From positions 1 to 62,155 of IMG/VR virus record IMGVR_UViG_3300037424_001375: 62,155 nt of DNA; one strand, written 5' to 3'. This document shows, in pieces, positions 39,506 through 47,921 of this stretch (positions are counted from its first letter, which is position 1; every line of letters begins with the position of its first letter). The notes beneath the pieces were generated by a model, which was given only the letters and a program-made list of their open reading frames with translations, was not told the origin of the DNA and made no database searches. The DNA is from a virus (lineage: Duplodnaviria > Caudoviricetes). Both the position numbers and the translations under genes were made by a program.

Positions 39506-40828
39506 TCACGAATCCGCCTCGACTTCACGGACGAAGTCCAGGACACGCTCCGACCATCCGTCGATGTGGGTCCACGTGCCGTACCCGACGCCATGCTGGT
39601 ACGAGGCCACGTTGATCACGTACCCGATTCCGGCCACGTTTGGCACGCGGTCGTGACTCTGTTCGTCGGTGATGACGATCAGCCGATCGCAGGGGGCGTG
39701 TCTCTGGACCTCCAAGATCGCCGCACCGAGATACGTTCCGCTATGCGGCTGAGAATGGAGGATCGCATCCACCAGCGCCAAGCCACGGTAGGCGGGCACT
39801 TCCACCAAACCCTGCGAGAACGTGAAGACGCGGCACTGCGCGCCAACCTCACGGACAAGGACCGCCAACCCGGCCGCCGCGTCCATGCACTTCATCTCGG
39901 ACTTCGCCGAGAGCGGATCATCCATTGACCCGGACACGTCCACCAGTACGACTGTGCGCCCCAGGAGACGCGGCAGATCGGCAACGGATCGCAGCATCGC
40001 GTCGTTCAGGTCCATCGCGAACGCGGGAGCGTGGCGAACAGCCGCGATGAACCGGAACGGCAAGGCCATGTTGAGTTTGCCGGCGAACCGCTCGCGAATC
40101 AGCCCGGCATCCACGCCCGATTCGATCATGTTCCGCAGGTTTCGGAGAAACGCCAAGGCCCCGAGTTTCTGCTCTCGCAACAGCCGCTCGAAGACCTCGC
40201 GCTTGTTGGCGCCAGCCGACAGCGCCACTTCCCAGGTATCGGGCGTCTCGAGCGTGCGCCCAATAACTTGTTTCCAGAGCTTCGCCTGCTCGATCTCGGC
40301 CGGCTTCGCGTGCGTGACGCGCAAGACGTCGCGCAGTTTCACGCCCGAGTCGCGGTCGTACTTGGCCAACTGATAGGCCGAGAACTTGCGGAAGGCTCGC
40401 GCGAGGCCGCGCTTCGACCCTGCGGACAGCGGTTCCGGCCGGGGCGTGGTAGTGCCGCCGTTCCAGTACATCGCCAAGTACTCGGCGAGTTCGTCCGGGC
40501 GTTGAATGACCCGTTCGAGCGTTGCCGCGACGAGCGACCCATTGCCCTTGATGCGAGCCAACTGCCGCACGAGAAAGAGCGGAACGTGCCGAAGATACAT
40601 CTTCTCGCGGGCTTCAACGGCGAGCGCCGCCACGGCCTCGGCCTTGCACTTCGCCACAAGGTCGATGACGCGCGTCGCCAGTGCGGAACCCTTCTCGTAG
40701 AACGTGTCTTCCCAGAGGAGAGCCGACAGCACGGAGCGCCGGAGTTCCCTGGGCGGCGTCAGGTGGACAGCCGGTGCCCCTTCGTGCGTCTTGATGTTCG
40801 GATGGGTCGCAGCGACGTTCAGCCGCAT
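39506..40828 (-). CDS. Ro60/Rsr-like TROVE + vWA domain RNA-binding protein
   Basis: THEGAPA, LLWEDTFYE, YQLAKY, PDTWEVALS, LRNLRN, LPFRF, vWA DVSGSM and VITDEQ. Confidence 0.95.
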   Translation of the reverse strand: MRLNVAATHPNIKTHEGAPAVHLTPPRELRRSVLSALLWEDTFYEKGSALATRVIDLVAKCKAEAVAALAVEAREKMYLRHVPLFLVRQLARIKGNGSLVAATLERVIQRPDELAEYLAMYWNGGTTTPRPEPLSAGSKRGLARAFRKFSAYQLAKYDRDSGVKLRDVLRVTHAKPAEIEQAKLWKQVIGRTLETPDTWEVALSAGANKREVFERLLREQKLGALAFLRNLRNMIESGVDAGLIRERFAGKLNMALPFRFIAAVRHAPAFAMDLNDAMLRSVADLPRLLGRTVVLVDVSGSMDDPLSAKSEMKCMDAAAGLAVLVREVGAQCRVFTFSQGLVEVPAYRGLALVDAILHSQPHSGTYLGAAILEVQRHAPCDRLIVITDEQSHDRVPNVAGIGYVINVASYQHGVGYGTWTHIDGWSERVLDFVREVEADS

Positions 40829-40846
40829 GGCGTGGCCTCCGAAAAG

Positions 40847-40984
40847 TGCGCCGGGAATGGGCGGAAACGGAACGTTGGCGCTCTAACCAGGCTGAGCTAC
40901 GCTGATCCGAAAACCAGCGGTGGGATTTGAACCCACGACCTCCCCATTAACAGTGGAAGTAACCGTTCCCTACACCACGGCGCA
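40847..40984 (-). ncRNA. Y RNA, YrlA-type tRNA mimic
   Basis: Terminal stem TGCGCCG/CGGCGCA; internal T-arm GTGGG-TTCAAAT-CCCAC, closed acceptor-like stem, then D-arm GCTC-AGCCTGGTTA-GAGC (permuted order); abuts Ro60 gene. Confidence 0.88.
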
Positions 40985-40992
40985 GAACTAAG

Positions 40993-41076
40993 TGCGGCAG
41001 GAAAGGGCGAAGTCGGAACCGGCCTTTCGGCCTCATCTGTCAAGGATGAAGTAACCGACCTCTACACCATGCCGCA
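40993..41076 (-). ncRNA. Second, shorter Y RNA without tRNA-like domain
   Basis: Terminal stem TGCGGCA/TGCCGCA; shares TGGTGTAG..CGGTTACTTC and GTTCCG..GCCC.TTCC with the neighbouring RNA; GGCC-GAAA-GGCC hairpin. Confidence 0.8.
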
Positions 41077-41082
41077 GGAGTG

Positions 41083-41112
41083 ACTATAGATAGGTTGCTT
41101 GGTGATTGTCAA
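41083..41112 (-). promoter_or_regulatory. Sigma70-type promoter for the Y RNA-Ro60 operon
   Basis: TTGACA-18 nt-TATAGT, 6 nt upstream of the first Y RNA stem. Confidence 0.8.
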
Positions 41113-41167
41113 GAGCGAATCACGTTACGCCGGTCCCATTCTGCGTCGAGCAGATCCAGGGCGTGCC

Positions 41168-41662
41168 TCAGCGCACAATCCCGAAGAAGGTCTGGTGCGC
41201 CGAAGGCGAGACGAAGACGCCGTTCTCCCACCGGCCGCCACCAGACCAGCCCTTCACGACGAAGACCTGCGCGCCGACCGGCGGCGGCGTGGGAAACGTG
41301 ATGATGAATCCCGAGAAGGGCGTCACGTTGCAGCCGGGTTGTCCACGGAACGCGTCGGCGACGTCCGGCCGGTAGAGTCCCGCGGTGACCTGGGCGTCCG
41401 CCACGCGGACGAATCCCCCACCGTTCCAGGGCTCATGTGGATCGTAGATCCACACCGAGAGGTCCGGGGGGAAGCCGGTGCAATTGAACGCCCACCCAGC
41501 GATCACGAACGTGCGTTGCACCCACACGATGCCGTCCGGGTTTGGGCCCGGGCGATCGACATGCAGGTAGACCTGGTTGCGGAGGCCCTGCGCCTCCATG
41601 CCTTGCGGACACACGACGCCGGCGAACGCTACGACGACGGCCACGAGGCGTGCGAGTCGCAT
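41168..41662 (-). CDS. Secreted Ig-like protein (moron)
   Basis: Signal peptide; IAGWAF...GLYRPDVADAF...SGF motif; GGAGG RBS. Confidence 0.65.
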   Translation of the reverse strand: MRLARLVAVVVAFAGVVCPQGMEAQGLRNQVYLHVDRPGPNPDGIVWVQRTFVIAGWAFNCTGFPPDLSVWIYDPHEPWNGGGFVRVADAQVTAGLYRPDVADAFRGQPGCNVTPFSGFIITFPTPPPVGAQVFVVKGWSGGGRWENGVFVSPSAHQTFFGIVR

Positions 41663-41745
41663 GGTGGTCCTCCCTGGTGTCATGGGGGTCGCCTCCTCCG
41701 GCTGCGCCGGGATTCTACCACGGGCGGTCGTGGTCAGGCCCGACG

Positions 41746-42002
41746 GGTGCCAGGATTGGTGCCAGGATTTGGCGTCCCTTGCTGTCCCGTTCTGTCCAGT
41801 TCTGGCCGGATTCACGGGTGGGCGTGTGACGCAGATCGCGTCGGGAAATCGAGGCCGATGGGCCGACTTAGCGCCCGAAATCCGGCGCGCGACGGTCGCT
41901 GAGGGTGGCGGAAGCGCCTGGGAGTCGAACCCATGCACTGGAGCCGCTAACCGATGGAGCGCGAGGCAGTTAGTCATTGGTGCCAGGGATTCGTGCCAGG
42001 AT
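41746..42002. mobile_element. attP region with arm-type repeats
   Basis: GTGCCAGGAT-like repeats at 41746-41769 (x2) and 41979-42002 (x2) flank the core, next to the integrase 3' end. Confidence 0.75.
41906..41933 (-). mobile_element. attP core = 3' end of a tRNA-Sec (selC)-like gene
   Basis: TGGGTTCGACTCCCAGGCGCTTCCGCCA: T-arm plus the CTTCCGCCA end typical of tRNA-Sec. Confidence 0.8.
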
Positions 42003-42028
42003 CGCGCGACCATCGGACCACTCACAGT

Positions 42029-43105
42029 CTACACCCCAGCTTTCGTCTTCTTCGCGGCCGGTCCCATGATGGTCTCGCGATCCGCCAGCCAGCCGATCCG
42101 TCCCTCTAACCGCTCGCTCGCGCGTTGCATGCGCGACTCGAGCACGGGCGCGTAGTGCCGCCGCGTCGTGTCCACGCGCGTGTGGCCAAGCACGGCCGAG
42201 ACGTCGGCCAGCTCGGTCCCGCGCTCCAGCGATTCGATGGCCACCGCGTGCCGAAGTTGATACGGCCGGATCGTCGTGGGCCAGCCGGCCGCCTGGAGCG
42301 TGCGCACGTAGGCGCTCGTGCAAAAGGGGCCGAACGCGTCGGCGGCGAGAAACACGCGCCAGGCGAGGAGCATCTCGTCGTTGAGGTACAACCCGCCCGG
42401 CGTGTAGCCGCCCTTGCCGTCGCGGACCACCCAGACGCGGCGGTCGAGATCAACGTCTTCCGGCTGCGCGCGCTTCAGCTCGCTCGGGCGCCGGCCCGTC
42501 GTGGCGAGCACCATGAAGCGCCCGCGGGTCTTCGCCGAGCGGAGCCAGCCCTTCGCCTCGTGCACGCGCAGCTGCGCCTCAACGTGACGGATGAGCGCGA
42601 CGGGCACGACGACCCTCGGCGCGCGCGGGACCGGGAGCGGCGATACCTCGTCGCACGGCGTCAGGGCCCGGCGCCCGTCGAGTGTGCGGTAGAGATGCCG
42701 GAGCGTCTGGAGCCGGTTATTGATCGTCTTCGGCGCGACGCCGGCCTTGAGCCAGTCGCCGAACGCGCGGCGGACGGCGCTCGACGTGAGGCGGCTTCGG
42801 TGGATCCGGCCGAAGCGGGCGACCCACGCGCGGACCTCGGCGCGACGCTCGCTCCAACTCGCGAGGTAGTGGACCTGCCGGAGGTAGCGGGCCGCGTCCG
42901 CAGCAAAGGTGCCGCGCGCGGGGCGGTCGCCCTGGTGCCGGAGGATCTCGCGCTGGCTGTCGCGCCAGCGTTGGAGATCGCGGAGCGGCGTCTCCAGCGG
43001 AAAGCGTTTCTCGACCTGGACCTGGCCGACCTGGATAACGGCGGCGAGGCCGGAGCGGTCGCGGTAGATGCCGCGGGCGAGTCGATCGCGTGGGCCGCGA
43101 GCCAA
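42029..43105 (-). CDS. int: Tyrosine integrase
   Basis: TTGRRPSEL, GKGG, YQLRH, LGHTRVDTTRRHY. Confidence 0.92.
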   Translation of the reverse strand: MARGPRDRLARGIYRDRSGLAAVIQVGQVQVEKRFPLETPLRDLQRWRDSQREILRHQGDRPARGTFAADAARYLRQVHYLASWSERRAEVRAWVARFGRIHRSRLTSSAVRRAFGDWLKAGVAPKTINNRLQTLRHLYRTLDGRRALTPCDEVSPLPVPRAPRVVVPVALIRHVEAQLRVHEAKGWLRSAKTRGRFMVLATTGRRPSELKRAQPEDVDLDRRVWVVRDGKGGYTPGGLYLNDEMLLAWRVFLAADAFGPFCTSAYVRTLQAAGWPTTIRPYQLRHAVAIESLERGTELADVSAVLGHTRVDTTRRHYAPVLESRMQRASERLEGRIGWLADRETIMGPAAKKTKAGV

Positions 43106-43118
43106 GGGTCACCCTACC

Positions 43119-43610
43119 TCAGGGGCGATCGTCCCCTCCGCGCCCCGCCTTCCGCGCGTCCTCGTCCTGGTACTCGATGACCTGCCCGGAGCGTGTCTCG
43201 ACGATGGTCAAGCTGGTGCGGATGATGTCCTTGCCGAGTTCGAAGACTACGGCCTGGGCCTGCCCGTCGGCGTCGGTGTAGCTCACGGTCAGGAAGTGCT
43301 TCCGCTTTTTCGAGAAGAGTGCCAGCGGTGAGACGAAGATGGCCACGCCCACGCGCCGCCCCGCCTTCTGGCCATACTCGAGCCCCGTGATCTGCGCGTA
43401 GGGAATCCGCAGCACGCCCTTCTGTTTGTCCGCCGTGAAGATGAAGGCCTCCTCGTTCCGCGTGTCCACCTGGCCCTCGACCTTTTCCGGAAGGCCCTGG
43501 ATGGTGCCGCCGACGTACTGCGCTTTCTTGCTACCCAGAGCGGCGAGTGGCGCCGCGACGACGACCAGGAGCATTACGACGACGACACGGGTGCGCCAGG
43601 TGATTCGCAT
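43119..43610 (-). CDS. Exported protein co-oriented with cI and int (possible superinfection exclusion)
   Basis: Signal peptide; beta-rich body; lies between repressor and integrase. Confidence 0.65.
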   Translation of the reverse strand: MRITWRTRVVVVMLLVVVAAPLAALGSKKAQYVGGTIQGLPEKVEGQVDTRNEEAFIFTADKQKGVLRIPYAQITGLEYGQKAGRRVGVAIFVSPLALFSKKRKHFLTVSYTDADGQAQAVVFELGKDIIRTSLTIVETRSGQVIEYQDEDARKAGRGGDDRP

Positions 43611-43853
43611 GGCAGACCGTCCTCTTCTCCTCTGGTGTGAGGGCTGAACTGACTGAAGCGCGACGCCGACTCGAAGTGCGGACAATCCCGAGGGTAACAG
43701 CGACGACGCCGACCGCACGTGCAGGGCGCCCAGAACGGGACGTACTCACTCATCAGCAGCAGGCGCGCTGCGCTCGTCGCGGGTAGCGGCTTTATGCCGG
43801 GCCGGCGGCGATTCATCACGGCCCGGCGGAAGCGACCGGGCTCGGTGTGATGC

Positions 43854-44177
43854 CTACGCCCGCCGTCGACCCGCTGCGCGAGGGGACGCGCGGGCCCGTG
43901 CCTTCTCCTCTACTGTCTCCGCCTTGTCGAATTTTCCCGCCCGGATCTGATCGTAGATCGTTTCAACTCCTTTCATGAGTTCGCTTGGCGCAACCTCGAG
44001 GGCCTTTGCGTGTCGCAGGATCGTTGCCAACCGAGGGACACGGCTGGACTGTTCCAGCGTTTGGATATTGCTCGGCTCTTTCAGACCAAGGCGCTGGACA
44101 AACGCCCTCGGGTCGAGACCTAACGCCTCGCGCAGTTTCTGGAAACGCTCGCCGTAAGTGACCATGCCGGGTGTCAT
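43854..44177 (-). CDS. XRE-family HTH repressor (cI-like, no peptidase domain)
   Basis: GERFQKLREALGL...PRLATILRHAKALEV..SELM; divergent from cro-like gene. Confidence 0.8.
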   Translation of the reverse strand: MTPGMVTYGERFQKLREALGLDPRAFVQRLGLKEPSNIQTLEQSSRVPRLATILRHAKALEVAPSELMKGVETIYDQIRAGKFDKAETVEEKARARASPRAAGRRRA

Positions 44178-44261
44178 TCAAGGACAGAAGTCACGTAGCG
44201 TCAATAAGTTACGTAACGTAAATAATTAACGTTGACAGCGCCCGTAGAAACCGTAAAGAAT
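44176..44261. promoter_or_regulatory. Divergent promoter/operator region
   Basis: TTGACA 44232 rightward, TTGACG 44204-44199 leftward; palindrome GTTACGTAAC 44208-44217; imperfect repeats at 44188 and 44206. Confidence 0.65.
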
Positions 44262-44268
44262 GCACGGT

Positions 44269-44481
44269 ATGAAAGTCACGAACCGCCTCCGCGTCCTCCG
44301 GGCGGAAGTCCGCTGGTCACAGATGGAACTCAGCCGGCGGGCTCGCGTCTCGACCAACCGGATCTGGCGGTTCGAGAACGGCTACGCCGAGCCAACCGAC
44401 AGGGAGCTGGCGAGGCTCGCCCGCGCGCTGCGCGTCAGCGTCGAGGAGATCGTTCCGGTTCCGCGCGAGGTCGCGTCATGA
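44269..44481 (+). CDS. Cro-like HTH regulator
   Basis: NRLRVLRAE..WSQMELS...IWRFENG..P. Confidence 0.85.
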   Translation: MKVTNRLRVLRAEVRWSQMELSRRARVSTNRIWRFENGYAEPTDRELARLARALRVSVEEIVPVPREVAS

Positions 44482-44672
44482 CGACGCTCTGCGCGTGGTG
44501 CCGCGATCGTCGCGCCGCCCAGGGCCTCCCGCCGCGCGTCATCCACCGGGACGATCGACCGCCGCGCGAGTTCGTGTCGCACGGGCTCTGCCCTTTGTGC
44601 GAGGCGGAACTGCTGGGCGTGCCGACGGCGCTCCTCGAGACGAGCGACGAGCGCGAGCAGGTGAGGCCATGA
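44478..44672 (+). CDS. Small Cys-motif protein
   Basis: CAWC...SHGLCPLC. Confidence 0.6.
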   Translation: MTTLCAWCRDRRAAQGLPPRVIHRDDRPPREFVSHGLCPLCEAELLGVPTALLETSDEREQVRP

Positions 44673-44944
44673 GCCCCTGCGAGCGCGTCGGCGCCGCGAT
44701 CGTCTGCTCGCGTGCCCCGCGCGTCCGGTTCTGCGCGTACTGCCGCGCGCCCCACGCGAAGCTCTGCGACCACGTCCTGCCGAACGGGCGGACCTGCGAC
44801 AAACCGCTTTGCCTTACGCACGCGCACCACGTCGCGCCCGATCTCGACTACTGCCCCGCGCACAAGGTGTTCCATCTGCCGTCTCCGATCGCGCGATCAG
44901 AGGATACGGCGGCGGGCGGCGGGGGCGGTAGGCAATCCGCTTGA
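44669..44944 (+). CDS. Small zinc-finger protein
   Basis: CAYC, LCD, TCDKPLC..H, YCPAH. Confidence 0.65.
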   Translation: MSPCERVGAAIVCSRAPRVRFCAYCRAPHAKLCDHVLPNGRTCDKPLCLTHAHHVAPDLDYCPAHKVFHLPSPIARSEDTAAGGGGGRQSA

Positions 44945-44966
44945 CCAGCGGGGAAGGGAGGCCCTC

Positions 44967-45335
44967 ATGGTCCTGTTGATGCCCCTGGCGGCGACGGATC
45001 GCGCGTGGGCGGATCGGTTCCTCGCCGCGCTCGACTTTGCGCACATCAGCCAGAAGGCGGCGGCGATCGCGATGGGGATCACCGAGCCGCAACTCACGCG
45101 CGCGCTCAAGGCCGAGCCGGGCGCGAACCTCTTCTTGAAGCGCGTCGAGGCGCTGCCGCCCGCCTTCCATCAAGAGTACGCCGCGCTGCTCGCGGTGGAC
45201 TACGGCCTACCCGAACGGTTCGTGCAGGGCGCCCAGATGGCGCTCATCATCGCCCTCGGCGGCGCGAAGCGCATGGCTTCGATGGTGCTCGACGCCTCGC
45301 CCCGCCTCGCGTCCCGCGAAAGGATCGTGTCATGA
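44967..45335 (+). CDS. CII-like HTH protein
   Basis: ISQKAAAIAMGITEPQLTRAL. Confidence 0.55.
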   Translation: MVLLMPLAATDRAWADRFLAALDFAHISQKAAAIAMGITEPQLTRALKAEPGANLFLKRVEALPPAFHQEYAALLAVDYGLPERFVQGAQMALIIALGGAKRMASMVLDASPRLASRERIVS

Positions 45336-45595
45336 CGCTCATCCACCCGGTGATGCCTGTGACGGCGTGGTCGCTCATGCTCAGCCTCATCCTTCTCTGC
45401 ACGGTGGTCATCTTGCCGCGCCTCTCCGCGCGTGCGCAGCGGCTCCTGGGCGGCGTCAGCGTGGCGGTGGCGCTCGTCATCGCCGGCCTCGCGGCGCGCG
45501 CCGTGAGCGTCTGCGTCGTGCCCTACAACTGCTGTTCGGATCCGTGGTGGCTGTGCGTGATGTTCCTCGTCTGCGAGTGCCCGTGCCCGTACTGA
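45332..45595 (+). CDS. Membrane protein with Cys-rich C-terminus
   Basis: Two TM helices, CVVPYNCC...CECPCPY. Confidence 0.5.
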   Translation: MTLIHPVMPVTAWSLMLSLILLCTVVILPRLSARAQRLLGGVSVAVALVIAGLAARAVSVCVVPYNCCSDPWWLCVMFLVCECPCPY

Positions 45596-45609
45596 ATCGG
45601 GAGGATCAC

Positions 45610-45822
45610 ATGCGCCTCAACGAGATTCGGACGCAGCAGGAGGCGGCGCTCCAGCAGCTCATCGCCGAGCGCCGACAGGTGTGGCCCGAGCCGGACGCGA
45701 GGCCGCCGACGGACGACAGCGACGACCTCCTGACGGCGGCGATCAGCATCGGCGGGTTCGTGCTCGCCGTCCTCGTCGTGCTGGGCGCCATCGCGTGGCG
45801 CCTCTGGGAGATGACGCGATGA
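45610..45822 (+). CDS. Small membrane protein
   Basis: GGAGG RBS, C-terminal TM. Confidence 0.55.
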   Translation: MRLNEIRTQQEAALQQLIAERRQVWPEPDARPPTDDSDDLLTAAISIGGFVLAVLVVLGAIAWRLWEMTR

Positions 45823-46088
45823 CGCTCCCGACCTGGATCGCGGCAACCCTGGTCGGCGGGCTCGTCGGGTGGGCGATCTGGTCGATTCGCCGCGACCGAC
45901 GGTCGCCGCACATGACCGGCGGCTGGCTCGATCGACACGCCGCCAGCGACGCGCGGGCCGGCTGGGAGGGCCCGCGCTGGCGGCTCCCCGCCGAACAACG
46001 GGAGCGCGCGCGCCGGGAACGCTTCGCGCGGATCGCCGAGAGTCGCCGGCAGCTGCGCGACGTCACGCGCAAGGACGGTACGGCATGA
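45819..46088 (+). CDS. Small membrane-anchored protein
   Basis: N-terminal TM, ATGA coupling. Confidence 0.5.
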   Translation: MTLPTWIAATLVGGLVGWAIWSIRRDRRSPHMTGGWLDRHAASDARAGWEGPRWRLPAEQRERARRERFARIAESRRQLRDVTRKDGTA

Positions 46089-46342
46089 CCGGCGATCGCC
46101 AACCCGCCACGCTCGCCGACGCGATCCCGCACGCGCTGACCCTCGACGACGTCGCGCGGTTCCTGAACTGCTCGCCGAAGACGATCGTGCGCCTCCTCGT
46201 GTCGGGCCGCTTGCCGATTCGCGAGTACCCCCGGCTCGGGCGCGTGCGGCGCTTTCGCGGCGATGACCTGCGCGCGTACCTCGACGGGCGCGCGCAACCG
46301 ACCGGACGGACGTACTTCACGCGCGCGCAGCGGTCGGCGTGA
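46085..46342 (+). CDS. Excisionase-like HTH protein
   Basis: LTLDDVARFLNCSPKTIVRLLVSGRLP...RFRGDDLRAYL. Confidence 0.85.
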   Translation: MTGDRQPATLADAIPHALTLDDVARFLNCSPKTIVRLLVSGRLPIREYPRLGRVRRFRGDDLRAYLDGRAQPTGRTYFTRAQRSA

Positions 46343-46357
46343 CCCTGGAGACCGACG

Positions 46358-46567
46358 ATGCACTTGAGCCGCGAGCGGATGACCACGGCGCTGGAGTTGA
46401 GCGAGGACGCCCTTCGCCATCACGGCGAGACCCTCGTGAAGATGCAGCGGTACCACGAGGAGCGGATGGCGGCACTCAAGAGCCACGGCGAGCAGCTCTC
46501 TCTCCATGCCGAGATTCTCAGTCGCGGCTTCTGGGGTCGGTTGCGCTGGCTCCTCCGAGGTCGGTGA
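46358..46567 (+). CDS. Hypothetical protein
   Basis: Helical; ends RGFWGRLRWLL. Confidence 0.55.
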   Translation: MHLSRERMTTALELSEDALRHHGETLVKMQRYHEERMAALKSHGEQLSLHAEILSRGFWGRLRWLLRGR

Positions 46568-46713
46568 CCGAAGTGTGCGGGTCATTGAACGAGGTGGACG
46601 ATGAACAGCCCGCCGGGCGGCTGACTCCCTGGGGGTCATTAGCCGGGCGGCGCGGGCCTGGAGACCCGCCACGGTCCGCGCCGCCACTCGTAGACAGAAA
46701 GGAAACAACTCCC

Positions 46714-47058
46714 ATGCCCCGAGGACAGAAACAGACAGCGCCGCTCGGCGACACGATCAAGGTCGCCTACGTCAGCGGCGAACCCTTCATGGCCATGAAT
46801 GCCGCGGCTATCAAGCTCGTGCTGATGCTCGCCGCGCGCCGGCTGGGGCCGAAACGGGCCATGCGAATGATCACGCCAGTCCTGACCACAACCGCCGAGG
46901 ACGCGATCGCCCAAGACGTCGCCGTGGCGCTCCTGGGTGGACGCGAGGCGTGGGAGCGGGCGCCGAACGTCGTGCGCGTGACGGCGATCCAGATCGGCGA
47001 GCAGGCCGTCGCCCTCGCGAAAGAGACGGGGCTCTGGGCGGCGCGGGTGGGGAGTTAA
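46714..47058 (+). CDS. Hypothetical protein
   Basis: AAGGA RBS. Confidence 0.55.
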   Translation: MPRGQKQTAPLGDTIKVAYVSGEPFMAMNAAAIKLVLMLAARRLGPKRAMRMITPVLTTTAEDAIAQDVAVALLGGREAWERAPNVVRVTAIQIGEQAVALAKETGLWAARVGS

Positions 47059-47111
47059 ACGACGAGAGGCCGGGCGGTGCCACCCGCGCCGGCCTCACTG
47101 GAGGGTCCCAA

Positions 47112-47678
47112 ATGACAATTCCCAAATTAGCACCGAAGCTCACGATGGTCAACCCGGCCGTGCGCGAGATCGTCGCCGAGGACACCTGTGCGGCCTGCGG
47201 TCACCCGATGGCCAACCACTTCCGCCTCGTCGCGCGCGGCAAGACGTGGATCGGCTGCGTCGATCCGCCGCTCACCGACGGCTCGATCCGCGCGGCGATC
47301 GTCGCGCAGCAGGCCGACCAAGCCCATGCCCTGGCCGGCGTCATCGCCGCCCTCACGAGCCGCGTCCCGTTCGAGCGGATGCCCGCCGACGAGCAGCAGC
47401 GACGCACCCGGCAGGCGGCACGCACGCTGCGCGAGTGGGATCTCGCGGCCGAGAAAGTCGCGCGGTTCCGGGCGTCGAACATGTGCGCGGCGCAGATCGA
47501 AGGGCTGCTCTACGGCAGCCGGCGGGCGCTCTCGTCGGGCGAGCGGTACGCGGCGCAGCAGATCAGCGTCGCGAGCGTCAACGCGTACCTGCTCTCGCTC
47601 GAAGGGCTGGCCGACGAGCGGCAGGCGGACCCGGCCTTCGACGCGGGGATCGCCGAGCGGCTCAAGGACGGTGCGTGA
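47112..47678 (+). CDS. Hypothetical protein
   Basis: GGAGG RBS; CAACGH..H motif. Confidence 0.6.
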   Translation: MTIPKLAPKLTMVNPAVREIVAEDTCAACGHPMANHFRLVARGKTWIGCVDPPLTDGSIRAAIVAQQADQAHALAGVIAALTSRVPFERMPADEQQRRTRQAARTLREWDLAAEKVARFRASNMCAAQIEGLLYGSRRALSSGERYAAQQISVASVNAYLLSLEGLADERQADPAFDAGIAERLKDGA

Positions 47679-47887
47679 TGCCGTACTCAGTGTCGGGCCG
47701 GAACGAAGAGGCGCGTCTGCGACTCGGCTACCGTCTCGAGGCGCTCGGCTTCGAGGAACGCATCGCGCACGCCATCGCGAAACGGATGCCCGGCTGGCTG
47801 GCGAAAGAGGCGGCGGAGCAAGCGGCGGAACTGGTCGCCGCGAGGACGGTGGATCTCGAAGTCGAGCGCACGCGCGAAACACACTGA
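47678..47887 (+). CDS. Hypothetical protein
   Basis: TGATG coupling. Confidence 0.5.
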   Translation: MPYSVSGRNEEARLRLGYRLEALGFEERIAHAIAKRMPGWLAKEAAEQAAELVAARTVDLEVERTRETH

Positions 47888-47921
47888 TCACCCCCGGAGA
47901 CGCGCAAGGAGGCGCGGCCCC

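Noticed and set aside
40875-40960. Canonical tRNA gene on the minus strand
   Set aside because: T-arm precedes D-arm and the acceptor is closed by a loop, which fits a Y RNA mimic
41906-41933. Complete tRNA-Sec gene
   Set aside because: Only the 3' 28 nt are present
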